Of a stretch of 64,000 nt of DNA, positions 24,154-37,472 are shown piece by piece. Each line of letters opens with the position of its first letter. The first letter of the stretch is position 1. Source of the stretch: Octopus sinensis (taxonomy: Eukaryota); contig NC_043004.1 in NCBI RefSeq assembly GCF_006345805.1, forward strand, positions 7,626,001-7,690,000, written 5' to 3'. A program made the translations under genes and the position numbers. The notes beneath the pieces are model-generated. The model did no database searches. It saw only the letters and a program-made list of their open reading frames with translations, and was not told the origin of the DNA.

Positions 24154-25082
24154 CTAATGACTTTCACTTGTGAGATCAATAGTGTTGAGGTTCATCTTGA
24201 ACAAGAGAAAATCGACAACTGCAAGAAAAAATTGTAGGGAGAAAATTCCAAAAGAGAAGGCTAATTTTGTAGAAAAGGTCGAGTACTTCAGTTGTTCAGT
24301 CTCGTGTTCCAGCTGCTCATTGAATTGGTGTGTAAATGGCTGCATACTCTACAAGTACTTTTAACATAATTCTCATACAGACTCAACAGCATTTGACAGT
24401 GTTAAGTGTTTGAATTACAGGTGGAATTCAACCAGCGGGATTCCACACAGATTTCACCAACCCATTTTCATTTACAATGTTTTGGTCGACTCGACATTGT
24501 GATAAAAGCTGCTTACTTTCCCTAAATTCCACATTATCTGATAAAGGTTGCGTCCAAAACGAGTGCTCAACTCTGGAGCAAAGGTGTATATTATTGGAAG
24601 CTGAAATTTCGTGAATTATTGCTCGGAGTTTCACGTTCCAGTTTTCAAACGATCGTGAAATATGAAACATAAAAATCATGTGCCTGTCTATTGTAGATAT
24701 GCATATACAATATATAACACACACACACACGTGTGTGTGTTGCTGTTGTTTTGTATTGTGCATTAGAAATATGTAGACTCCAATATATTTAACAAATGTA
24801 AATTGAACATGATTACATGTCCGAACTTAAAGTATGGACAACTTTATTCAGTAGAGAATCTTCTACATTCATGTCTGAAAAAGCAGCCAGATTCCTTTCA
24901 AATAACACCCTACTATCTGAAACAAAGGATATATTTGGCAATATATATCCAATGGCCGCATCTGGAACACTTTCGATTAACAGTCTGCTCGCCAAAAGCG
25001 AGATAACAAGATTATTTACAGTGGATTTTCTTTTCAATTCGCTGATGTGTGCTGTTGTCATAAGATCAATAGCAGACAGCAT
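24154..25082 (-). other. Unassigned cluster of three short ORF segments, possibly exons of an orphan gene or pseudogene
   Basis: ORFs 24813-25082, 24428-24763 and 24154-24345 have non-repetitive composition. A phase-compatible GT donor lies at 24816 and AG acceptors at 24684 and 24349. No homologue recognised. Confidence 0.3.
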
Positions 25083-25470
25083 TTAGGCTTAGATATATAA
25101 TCCTACTTACCTTACACACCTATTGGTATTCGCTTTTGTTCTGCTTTGCCATCGACCTTGTACCTTTATGCAAGTGAAGTTACATTATTCGCTATCGTTT
25201 TTACATTTTATTTCGATAAGTACAACAACACTATTCCTTTCGGTAACTTGACAGACAGAGAAGAACGATCGCTGACGAGTTTTTAATGAAAGCTAAAACA
25301 AGTCAGTTCAAATGCATAAGTGTAGTTAAGGAGTTCGCTCCATAACCACGTATTTTTGAAATGATCACTTTGAATGTATTCAATATTTACGGTAAAATTA
25401 TTACTTTTTACATTTTTTTTTTTCATTTTCTTTCTTTGCAGTTCACTTTATATCATTATCCCTTTCGAAA

Positions 25471-26445
25471 TGAGTTCAGATCAGACCCATATCTGATACT
25501 GCATGTTGTATGAATTCAAAAAGGGGTTTCGCAGCAATGGAAGCGGCAAGAAATATTCGTTCTGTCTACAGAAATGAAGTTGCAAGTGTCCGGATATGCT
25601 AACGATGGATTGGTTAATTTCGTTCTGGAATTTTATCTCTCACAGACTCCCCTCTATCTGAATGACCAATGTCTGTCAATCTTGAACTTCTTAAAACCGT
25701 GAGGACAATCCAAACTGCACGAGAATTAGCAAAACAATTCAAGTTACACTTTGATCATAAAACACTTTCAAGAACTAAGAAATGCGTGTAAACTTGGTCA
25801 ATGGATCTCTCATCGTCTGGATGTTTCTCGGCTTAATCAAAGAGTCTATTCATCATTGATAGGTTTACTACAAAAAACTTTCGGAGTAGAATCATCACAA
25901 GTGATGAAAAGTGGGGGTCTTTGTAATCTTATCCAACGAAAACGACAATGGTTATCACCCATTGAAAAGGGGTAATCGATCTCCAAACTGTGACTACACT
26001 CGAAAAAAACGTTATGCTCTGTTTTTCTTTTATCTTTTTTTGTAGGATACGAAGGGTTTCGTCTATCATAAAGGGTTAAACCAAAACGAAAGAATGTGGA
26101 GAGGTCGTCAGTTTGAAGTATTGCTCAAAAATATGTAAAAAAGAAACAAAAACAGCGCCGACCATTGGTCAGTCGTAAAAAAGAGTTGCTCTTATACGAT
26201 AATGCCATGACCATATATTGCCAAATTCTCTCAAGAAACTATTACAGCACTAAATATGGAAGAGTTTTGCCTTATCCTGCTTATTCTTCTGATCTGTCTA
26301 TCATCTTTTTAGATCGTTGAAACATTATTTCGAGGGAAAATAGAAAAATTATACTGTTTCTTAACTTGGAAATCTAAAGAATTTTATGATCCAGGGATCA
26401 ATAATTTACCAAATAAATTGGATTTTTGTGATCAAGTATTAGGGA
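25471..26445 (+). mobile_element. Degenerate mariner (Mos1-like) transposase
   Basis: Broken frames give CMLYEFKKG.AA.EAARNI.SVY, RW...FRSG, KLGQWISHRL, DNA.PH-like and PAYSSDL motifs, with many stops and frameshifts. Confidence 0.85.
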
Positions 26446-26632
26446 AATTTTTTATCTTGGTTAAGTATATCAATTAACACCAAAGAAGCATCTATTTATT
26501 TCCCTTCTTGAAATGCGACAGGAGTTTCTTTCCTTGTGTGTGTGTAATATTATGGTGTTAATGGCGATATCCCATGCTAGGGCACTGCCGATACTTCGGC
26601 TGAGACCAATAAAAGATATACATATATATGCG

Positions 26633-26689
<57 letters not shown>

Positions 26690-27424
26690 CATCGCAATCA
26701 TAGGCGTTCCAATGGAATAGAAAAGATTATTACGTTGCCAAAAATCGTAATTTCGCCGTATGTGGATGTTTTAAACATCGCAGATTACCATTTCGAAAAA
26801 AAGAGGGGATATTTTTGCTCTCCCTTCTTTCTGTAATGTTTCAATTTTGAATTTTTTTCTCTCTATTTGTTTTAAAATGTTAACAATATGTTCGAAAAAT
26901 CGTAGTTTCAGATATTTAAAACACAAATCCGAAAAAAAAATCTTCACAAGAAAGTCAAAGCTGAAAAATTACGAATGTGAGGGGAGCGAAAATACCTTCC
27001 ACCGCCCCCACTTTTTTTTTCTCGTCTTGTCTGATTATCTACAAAGACTGAAACACACACACCCGAAGAAATTTCTAGTTTTTTGGTAGATTAGATAGGT
27101 TACTACTCTGTTCTGTAGGAACACACACACACACTCTATAGTTGTTCCCGGTTTCATTTCAGAAATATATTTTTACAACTATGGTAATATCAGGAAACAT
27201 GGGTTACAAGCAGTAATTTATTTTTTTATCGAATTTCGTGGTGCTTGTACAATATACAAAATAGCCACGCATATCAGGGTCTGGCATCCACGACATTGTG
27301 GTTTTAAACATTATTTAAATAGTTGAAGGAGGCAATTATCGATAAAAGCTCGCCAGTTTATCAATAAACATTTGTTTGCACGGTAAATGAAATTATGACA
27401 ATCGAAGAACAAATAATCTTAATG

Positions 27425-27725
27425 ACACTCTCTCTTTCTCTCTTCTTCATCCTCTCTATTTCTTCTTCATTCTCTCCCCCTCTCTCCTTCCCTCTTCTCT
27501 TCTCTCTATCACTCTCTTTCTCTCTTCTCCCCATCTCTCTCTTTCTCTCTTCTCCCCATCATCTCTTCTTCCTTCTCTGCCCCCTCTCTCCATTCTCTCT
27601 TCTTCCTCCTCTCTATTTCTCTCTTCTCCCTATCATCTCTTTTCTTCCTCCTCTCTATTTCTCTCTTCTTCCTCCTCTCTATTTCTCTCTTCTTCCTTCT
27701 CTCCTTTCCTCTTCTCTTCTCTCTA
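27425..27725. repeat. CT-rich low-complexity tract
   Basis: Degenerate (TCTCT/TTCTC)n; source of spurious ORFs 27395..27802 and 27509..27739. Confidence 0.9.
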
Positions 27726-27920
27726 TCATTCACACACACAAACCCAGTTGTCTTCCTTCCTTCATGTCTATTTCCTTCTATTTATTAGACACAATTACAT
27801 GATGTTATGTAACTGAATAAACGAGATGATGCTATAAATATACACCATCCACATTGAATTAGAATAAATGCTGGTGCTAACGTTTATTTCTGCTGCAACA
27901 CTTCATATTTACTCATAAGG

Positions 27921-27953
<33 letters not shown>

Positions 27954-28959
27954 TGCGCATTAAGCAACCAAATTTACAGTGAAATAGAATTATGAAGACC
28001 TAATATTCGTTGATGAAGTATATGAAAAATGAGTGTGTGCTCTAGAAGAATAATAGTTTATGTGCTCGAAAAATGTCTTTATGTGTTTATTATGATTGCC
28101 AATGGTTTTTAAGAAATTAAATAATAGTTTATTGCAAAGATAAGCAAAATCCTAAAAAGAATATAACGTGATGGTCATGTAACACGGTCCCACGTTGCAT
28201 AAATTTAATGATTTGGTATTTTATTTATCATTACATCTGACTGGGGACAATTGTGAAAAATGCAATTTCTTGAACAAAAAATTCTTTAACAGAAGATAAA
28301 CCACCCAATTCCTTGCCGTTTATCCTTATCCTCAAGGTATTGAAGGCTTATTCCGAAAGTCCATCCATCAGAAGATATTAATTACACTCGCCTTACAAGA
28401 CAATAGTGAAAATTAATTTAAATGATTTCATTTTATTAAGTTGCATAAAACTATTTAATAAATAAACAAGATTAATTAACGATTATAAAATAATGAGAAA
28501 CCGTTGTTGGACTTTTAGAAATCTTTTAATGATAATTTTTGTTTTATTGTATTCAGGTACAGGTACACTTATAACTCGTCGAAATTTATTAATATTTATT
28601 TATGAAGATGATAAAACCAACCACCATGCAAATATCCTCTTCGTATATGTATATAAGTATGTAAAAATACATGTGCGTGCGTGCCTGTATGTATGTACGT
28701 ATGCATACATGTTATGCATGTGTGTATGTATCTATGTATTATGTGTGCGTGTATGACTTGTACGTTTTCAATGGATCTGCAAAACGTTTGCGCAGCGGGT
28801 TTAGTGAAGCATTATTAAACCTTAAACTTCAATTACATAACGAATCTTACATACCATCAATATATTGCTAAACAACTTATTCAGAAAAAGTATCGGTTGA
28901 TACGATATATTTTTTCTCTCGCTAAGATGGCGCAATTAACAGATACATTCATACATACA

Positions 28960-28985
28960 TATATATGTGTGTGTGTGTGTGTGTG

Positions 28986-29026
<41 letters not shown>

Positions 29027-29088
29027 ATGTTTTTTCATGTATATATATATATACACATACATATATAGGTATTATGTATGTGTATATC

Positions 29089-29136
<48 letters not shown>

Positions 29137-29222
29137 CATACATATGTATGGAGTTATATATACATGTATATATATATGTGTGTGTGTATGAGTATATACC
29201 GGTATATATATATATATATAAT
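28960..29222. repeat. Compound (AT)n/(GT)n microsatellite
   Basis: Seen directly; source of the YIYI-type ORFs. Confidence 0.9.
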
Positions 29223-29712
29223 ACTGTAATACAAGAATAATAGTACTTCCTAAAAGAGACCGACTTAACATTATGGAAGAGATATATGTTGTGGGTGACG
29301 ATCATTGCGTACAAAATATCTAAGTATATTATGAAATATAAAACGTGATATGTGCGCGCGCGCGCATGTACTTATAAGCGCGTGAGCGCGCGTGTGTGAC
29401 CTCCGATCAAGAAAGACAGTGGTTGAGGATAGTTATATATATATATGTGTGTATGTGTAATGAGTATATACATGTATATATATATATCTATATATATAAT
29501 ACTGTAATACAGAATAATCTAGTTACTTCCTAAAAGAGACCGACTTAACATTATGGAAGAGATATATGTTGTGGGTGACGATCATTGCGTACAAAATATC
29601 TAAGATATATTATGAAATATAAAACGTGATATGTGCGCGCGCGCGCATGTACTTATAAGCGCGTGAGCGCGCGTGTGTGACCTCCGATCAAGAAAGACAG
29701 TGGTTGAGGATA
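29150..29712. repeat. Tandem duplication of ~280 bp
   Basis: The unit from aatactgtaatac to ggttgaggata occurs twice (ending ~29430 and ~29712); the copies differ by small indels. Confidence 0.9.
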
Positions 29713-30878
29713 ATTACTAAAGGAAAATTAAAATATCCTTAATTCTAGAGTGCAGTCAACTCAGCAACATTATGTTTTTGCTGCTGCAGCCTAAAGGTGA
29801 AGTCGCACTGATAAAAAGAATTTTCTATACTTGAAATGGCAGCCAAAGTTTCCTGAAATTATAGCCTTCCATCGAAAAGGAAAGATGGTTTTATTTATAG
29901 TATATAATAATGTAACCTTGGTTGATGTTTGTGAGAAAAACTATTGTTACGGCTGGAAAACGTCTTTGATTTATTCTATCAAAAAGTATCTAGGTGTGGC
30001 GGGGGTTCACATAACTAGTCAAAACCTATCTCATATCATACCCGATCGTCTTTAAAAAGGAAGACTGACATAGACATACTTATATATAGGTGAAGAAAAA
30101 AATAAAACAGAACAGATGGTTATGGGTAGGACATATCTGGTGCCACGGTGAAGCTATTCGTTCATTCAGTCGTGTTACACGAACTACTCTAAAGCACCTA
30201 CCACCATAAGTTCTGTTCGTGAGCAGTAATTTATTTAAACAATTATATTCTCATTCAGCAATTCTAAGCTTAGTTGTTGTTGTTTAACCCGAGGCCAGCT
30301 CTGACTGGGAAAACTTGTGATCTTTCTTTTAGATAGAGTGTATTTAGGACCGATTTATCTAATGCGTCCCTTCTTTTAAGACCGCAGTGAGAGATTAGAA
30401 GCTTTGATTACTATTTCTAGCAGGGTGAATGACCTCCGTTGTCTTTCCTTGTAAGCTACCATACAGACGAAACTATCCGGCAATTCTGGCAAATAGAAAG
30501 AAAAAATAAAATAAAGGCTGATAAAGAAATACTTTTCATTAATAATTCGAGAAGAAAAGTAATTATTTTTATAAGCGGCAGTACTGGAGCAGAAACAAAG
30601 ACATTATTTTACAAAACAACTGAACAGTATTATAAGGTATGACGAAAATAACATCCATCCATCTATCTCTCAGTCAGGTGAGAAGAAAGTGCTTCTGCCT
30701 TTTGGAGATTCGGTCCGATTGCCTCTGCAAAGTCAATTAAGGAACCGGGTAATTGGTGTGAAACAGGGCAACGGATTAGATGTGTGTTTGTGTATGTATA
30801 CACACACACGCATGCATATATATATAGTGAATATATATATATATAGGTGTGTGTATATGTATATATAAATTTTTACAC

Positions 30879-30915
<37 letters not shown>

Positions 30916-31592
30916 TATATATAATACACACACATACGTGTGTGTTAAGGAAGCACTTACAAGGTGAAGAAATATTTACATGTATTTCACCATAAAGCAA
31001 ATAAAGCTATGATGTCATTTTTATAACCCGTATCTACGTATTTAATCAGCTATATTTATTTTGAATACAATAAAGTTTATTAAATATCGAGTTACATACG
31101 TAATCCCATTTCGTTGATAAGCATGTTAACAATGTAATATATAAAGCTACGTTTTAATCTTTTATTTTCTCCCTCCAAACATAGAAGCCATGTTGTTCCG
31201 GGTTTAATGAAAAGCCAAGGCTAAACGTTTTAGGTTTTGTCTGGGATTTACTTTTATTCCCACAACGGGTCAGATTCGAACAATTATTTTTTAATTATAA
31301 AGCAATCTTCACAGTTCGCTAAAATATTTCACAAAATGTTTTCAGTTGAAAAATGTCCAATAATCATTTAAGATATAATAAATCTTATTTTTAAAAAATT
31401 GCTTGAAATATTGGACAGTGTTACATTGCAACATCTAATATCGTGTAGAAATTATGCATTCACATATTTTCTTTTACTTATTCCAGTCACTAAACTACGA
31501 CCATGCTGGGGCACTGCTTTAAAAAATTTTTAGCCGAATAAATCGACTCTTGTGCTTAATATTTGAAGTCTAGAACTTATTCTATCGGTCTC

Positions 31593-32281
31593 GGATCTTT
31601 TCCTTTTGAACGGCAGTTTGTAACATAATTTCTCGGTAACTAAAAAGTTTTAAACTTCGTATACTGGTAGAATGTGTTTGTAAAACATCATTTTCTCTTG
31701 GTTTTATTGAGAAAATTCTATAGTTTGTAAGATATTTCGTCTGAAAATCCGAGCATTTCGGCAATTTTAACCAATCGATTACCTCCATTCAACTAAAATC
31801 ATTTGCTGCGTCTAAAACTGAGACAACATCCTGTAACTAACCCTAAACCTCCCCCTAACCCTAACCCTAAATTTTTTTTATTCTTAATTGTTGAATTAAT
31901 TTAATTGTTATGCGTGTAAAAAAAAAACTAAAGCAATGGAAAATAATTTAAACAATTAACAAACAAAATAATTCTATAATTTTATACACACGCTTTCCGT
32001 ATACGTGTAACAATTAAATTAAATTAACAATTAAGAAGAAAAAAAATTTAGGGTTAGGGGGGAGGTTTAGGGTTAGTTACAGGATGTTGTCTCGGTTTTA
32101 GACGCAGCAAATGATTTTAGCTAAAATTCGAAAAATTAAACTACGTTAAACAAACAAATTACAATTTTCCCAAGAAAGCCAAGAGAAAAAAATGTTTTAT
32201 TTTGACACATTCTACCAGTATACGAGGTTTTAAAGTGTTTAGTTAACTAGAAATTGTCTGCCGTTCAAAAGGAAAAGATCC
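31593..32281. mobile_element. 689-bp foldback DNA element with GG...CC ends and 8-bp TSD, inserted into a SINE
   Basis: Perfect 24-bp terminal inverted match GGATCTTTTCCTTTTGAACGGCAG; TSD tcggtctc at 31585-31592 and 32282-32289; arms ~300 bp with internal CCCTAA/TTAGGG motifs. Confidence 0.9.
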
Positions 32282-33214
32282 TCGGTCTCTTTTGCTAAGT
32301 TACGAGGACATAAACACACCAGTTATCAAACGGTGGCGGGGCAGATGCACACACATATATACATATATTGGTGCATGGTTGAGTGGTTAGGGTGTGTTGC
32401 ATTCACGATTGCGAGATCGTAGTTTCGATTCCCAGACCGGGCATTGAGTTGTGTTCTCGAGCAAAGTATTTCATTTTACGTTGCTCTGCCATCATTTTGT
32501 CATCTGACATGTGGCACACAGTGCATCTGTACCGGTAATGTCAATTTGATGGAGGTAGTGAGATTATGTGAACACAAACATTCGATCACTATAAGCAAAT
32601 CATCTGTGTAGTTGTTCGATCCCTCAAGCGTCATCTAACAACGGGAGAGTCCATGATATATATATATATACAACGGGCTTCTTTCAGTTTCTGTCTACCA
32701 AATTCACTCAAAAGGCTTTTTAGCATAGACTTGAGTGAAATTCCTCTCCTCTCTATTATATATATACATACGAATGTAGTGGAGAACAGCTAGCCTTTGG
32801 CCGCATTTTGGACCCTGTTATGTCCACTACTGTGATTGGTTGGTATTGGTGCAATTTGTCTCTTACTCTATTGTGCACCAATATGTAACCCAACCACTCA
32901 CAGCCTTCAAATAAGGTCATGTGTGACAGCCTGTTTATACCCAGCTTTGAGCCTATAATTTCTTATAAAACTTCAGCTTTTACATCATCTCGATGTCTTT
33001 GGTTCCAGACCTTTTAAGGTCTAGCCACTGACCACACAAGACACAGCCAGTTCCAGTGAAAACACAACAGCAACCACGTTGAGACTTACGAACTTCGTCC
33101 AACAACATTCAGCAACCTCAATCTCCGCTGCTACCATTTGTCCTAACATCAACATCTCTCTACATATACAACTCAACAAGCAACACATCCAGGTTACAAC
33201 ACCGCACTGTTCGT

Positions 33215-34690
33215 GATCTGGCAATGTTTCTACAGCTGGATGCCTTTCCTAACATCAACCATTCTGAGTGTGTAGTGGGTTCTTTTTATGTGCCACTGGC
33301 ACATGAACCACTCAGGGGGTAATGACATTGACCACATTTGGATGGTGCTATTTACATGTCACCGGCACAGGAGGCAATGGCATCAACCACCTTAGTTACC
33401 AGCATAGGTAGGAGCTCCCTGAACTTTGCCCAGGCCATTCTTATTCTAGCAGCTACGCTCTCAGAGCATCCACACACAATACAGACTTGGTTGCCTCGGC
33501 AGCAGAAACTATTAACAACTTCTAGATTTTCCCCCTGGCACGTGATGGAATCTGTTTTTTGTACATCTTTGGTGTTTATTGTCCCTGTGCATCTGCCACA
33601 CACAAAGACTATCTTCCCGGTTAACCTTCCTTTGATATTGCTGCACCTCTTATGAGTCCATAACTTACACCAGACATCTTATGGAATTTCTAGCCACACC
33701 TTTTCTACAGATCAAGCAGGGCCATTTACCTGACGGGGTTTGTGATTTGTCTACCTTCCTATTTACTAGGACTTTGGTTTTTGCTAGGTTGACTCTAAGG
33801 CTCTTTGATTCTAGACCATGCTTCCACACCCTAAACTTTGTCTCTAGTTCTGGTAATGACTTGGCTATTAGAGCAAGGTCATTGACATAGACAAGCTCCC
33901 AGGGGCAGCCTGTCTTGAATTCCTCTGTCATTGCCTGGAGGACTATGATGAACGAGAGGGGGCTGAGGACTAATCTTTGGTGAACCCCTACTTCTACCCA
34001 GAATTCTTCACTATATTCATTGCTAACCTTCACCTTACTGACAGCATCCCTGTACATGGCTTGTACTGCTCTCACCAATCACTCATCTATCCCCAGTTTC
34101 CACATTGACAACTAGATAAGGGTTCAGGAGTCCTTGTCAAAGGCTTTCTCCAAGTCAACAAAAGCCAAGTACAGAGGTTTATCTTTGGCAAGATATTTCT
34201 CCTGCAGTTACCTTACCAGAAATATGGCATCAGTGGTGCTTCTGCCTGGCACAAAACCAAACTGTATCTCATCTAGGCTAACTCTCTCCCTAATTAATTG
34301 GGCTATGACTCTCTCTGTAACTTCCATTACCTGATCCAATAATTTGTCACCTCTGTAATTATTTCTTTCTAAGGCATCACCTTTACCTTTGTAGCAGTTG
34401 ACTATGGTGCTGCTACACCAGTCATTGTGTCTGACTCCTTTGTGAACCAACTGATTTACAATACAGGTGACTAGGCCATAACCCACACCGATGGATATTT
34501 TAAGCATCTTAGCGGTGATTCCTGATGGGCCAGGTGTTTTCCCTGTCATCATATCCTTAATTGCTTTATCTACCAAGGTACTGTCAATTTGGGTAGCTGG
34601 TCCCTTAATTGGGTCAACCTCTGGCAGACTCTCCTCCTCCCATTCATTCTCCACACAGGAAATCAACTTTCTCAAATGCCCCGGAGGCTC
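33215..34690 (-). mobile_element. Degenerate RTE-clade LINE reverse transcriptase fragment
   Basis: QFGFVPGRSTTDAIF, GVHQ(G)..LSP, PWEL.Y.(D)DL, LRVNLAKTKV and RIRMAWAKFRELLP motifs (ORF track 34208..34675, 33665..34078, 33352..33603). Confidence 0.92.
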
Positions 34691-34949
34691 CTTAGAGGTA
34701 ATAAATACTTTCTGTTAATTAGATGTGGAGGAAGATGCTCTGAAAGTACTATAGTTTCCAGAATAAGAATAAGTTCTGGGAACTCTTTCTTCTACTGGCA
34801 AGAAAAGGTCTGTCTGTCTCTTTCTCTCTCTCTCTCTCTCTGATCAAAAGGCAGATTGTATGATGCCTGTGTATGAACAGCAATATTTCATAGTAGTGAA
34901 ATGTGAGCCCTGAACACAGAGGACATGTGAAGACTAGAGAAGAAGAAAG

Positions 34950-35280
34950 CTAGTATGCTCTGTTAGATATACAATGTTAGTATGCATGTATGACAAAATG
35001 TATGTTGAGAGAAAAACTAGGCATAAGAGGCATCAGACGTAGTGTGCAAGAGAGGAGACTGTGCCATAAGTGGTGCATATGGATGAGACTGTAGCATTAA
35101 AAGAAGTGGTGGTCAGTTAAAATGGATGAAACTTCTGGTAGAGGGAGACAGAGGAATACATGAGATGAATTAGTGAAGGCTGACCTCAAGATGTTGAGTC
35201 ACACATAGGAGATGACACACAAGACAAAGGTGATCAGGGATTCAAGTGCTCAAGAAAGCCCAACCATTGCTGCATAAAAT
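34950..35280 (+). mobile_element. Old RTE LINE ORF C-terminal fragment
   Basis: Degenerate LREKLGIRGI..SVQERRL...GRGR..TW.E.VKADLKML. Confidence 0.7.
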
Positions 35281-36974
35281 GAGATCCTAAAAGCATTTTG
35301 TTCATGCTTATACATGGTGGGCCCTGCCCTTACACCCATTTTACCCCATGAAGCACTACTACTATATCTCACCCCCATTAACATTCATCCCTCTATCATT
35401 CCTGTATGTATGGCACTTCTCAGCTATAGTTATCACTTGAGAGTGGGATTGGTAAATATTACATTTCTCCCATCATTATTTGTGTTGCTGGTTACTTCCT
35501 TTGCCTTTCTCTTGAATCACTGCCATCTCTCATTGTCAATATCATTCCTTTTCCAATTAATTTCAACAATCACTTCCTTTCTGTGTCTTCAGTTCTCCCC
35601 TACTTCTCTCTTTCTCTCTCTCTCCTTTGCCATACTTCATCTTAACCCCTCTCATATCTGCCATTGTTCTTAAAGCCCTCAGATCTTACAAGTAACAAAT
35701 GAGTCAAAACACTCTTTGTTGTAAGGACGCAAATTACTGTAAAACTGGTGAATGTTAGATTAGCTTGATGCACTGAACTCAACTCCATGCAGAGATAAAG
35801 CTTAGAAACAGAAGGGAAGTGAAAAGGAGGAAGAGGAGTGGCCCCTCTACAGTATTTAAGGCTCAACATCTATTGTAATAAATGCCAAAATGAATTTCTG
35901 TGTCAGTATGTCACACTTTGACCCCTTCTCTCGCTATTCAATGACACTTCTACTATTGCTCATGTTGGGGTGAGAGTAATAGTAGGAATAGAGACGGTGA
36001 GGGCAGTAGTAGACTGAATGTTGTGATGGTAATGGAGCAATAGTAATAGTATGAGCTGTAGTTGTGATAGAGGCGGAGGCGACAGTGATGATGATGGTGG
36101 TGGTGGTAGCCGAGGTGGTCAGGGATGACAGTGATAGTAAATGATGTGAAAGACAGTGGTGATGGTGGTGGAGGGGAAGTTGGCCAAGTCAAAAGTATTG
36201 ATGGTGGTGGTACAGGTGATGATGATGATTAAAAACAATCAACAGAACGAGAGAAAGAGAGAGAAAGAAAGAAAGAGGTTAGATAGAAAAAAAATTGTAC
36301 TGACCCCTAAATGGAAGACAAAAAATGTTTATCATGCAGCTTTACAATAAGTTGCAAGTCGACAAATTATATCATTGTTTTGATGAAAATTCTTCATTGC
36401 TTGAAAAATATTGGTCAATTTAATAAAATTTAATATGTACTCAATGTACTCTTGAACACTGGGCCTCACAGAGACAATGACAGGAGACTGAGACCTTTGG
36501 AGATATGCTGATTGAGAAGACTCAGCAACTAAAGTGAGATTGTAGCCAGTGTTGCATGACCAGCCCATTTAAGAGTACCTCTGATGCATCAGGCAATATG
36601 ATATGCTTGAGAAGATCTGTTGAGTCAAATAAAACCAAAATTGTAGCTGTGGCCAGTGCCCCCTGACTGGCTCTTGTTCCGGTGACATGCAAAATGCATT
36701 ATCTGAACATGGTCAATGCCAGTGTCTCCTGATTGGTTCCTGTGCTGATGGCATGTAAAAAGCACCATCTGAAAATGAATGATGCCAGGCCCACCTGACT
36801 GACTCATGTGCACGTAAAAGGCACCCGCTACATTGAAGCCTGATACAAGTGCTGGCTCTCCAGACCATGCCAGCATGAAAACAGACGTTAAATGATGATG
36901 ATGATGATAATTGACTCGCTCATGTTCTTTAGGTACACAAATGGTGCATAAAATCTTGAGAATGACATCATCAT

Positions 36975-37220
36975 CATCATCATTGTTTAACGTCCGTTTT
37001 CCATGCTGGCAAGGGTTAAACGATTTGACTGAGGGCTGGCGAACCAGATGGCTGCACCAGGCTCCAATCTTGATCTGGCAGAGTTTCTACAGCTGGATGC
37101 CCTTCCACGCCGAGAGTGTAGTGGGTGCTTTTTAAGTGCCACCAGCACAGGGGCCAGTCAGGCGGTACTGGCAATGACCTCACTCGAATCTTTTTACACA
37201 TGCCACCAGCACAGGTGCCA
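36975..37220 (-). mobile_element. RTE 3'-UTR copy, preceded by an oppositely oriented copy at ~36620-36910
   Basis: Shared blocks ttccatgctggca..., cagctggatgccctt and gtagtgggtgcttttt, with (CAT)n/(GAT)n tails. Confidence 0.75.
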
Positions 37221-37472
37221 AATTCCCCATAATAACTGGAATTTGCATTATTGATAAAAACATACATCTTCCTTTTTTTATACGCTTAATCATTAAATTT
37301 ACAGTGGAACTCCAAGGCTGAGAGTTTCATGCAACAGCACGTTCCTTAAAAACCAATATGCTGTTTTATTTTAGAGTGATTGATGACCTGCTATAGGATA
37401 CGTAAATTTGGAAATATACCAAGGAAGTATACTATGGGTCATTTAATAAAAATTAAATTATAATTATGGTAT

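Noticed and set aside
27395-27802. 135-aa L/S/F-rich ORF and its R/E/K-rich antisense ORF
   Set aside because: Products of a CT-rich low-complexity tract.
26470-31000. Many ORFs rich in YIYI/CVCV/THTH
   Set aside because: These are translations of (AT)n and (GT)n microsatellites.
31838-32075. TTAGGG/CCCTAA motifs as a telomere or fusion site (also ~43650)
   Set aside because: Only 2-4 degenerate units, lying inside transposon arms.
32370-32445. tRNA-like sequences here and at ~20220-20295, ~24000-24080 and 54922-55067
   Set aside because: A/B-box-like motifs are present but acceptor and anticodon stems do not pair, and they run into SINE bodies. These are SINE heads, not tRNA genes.
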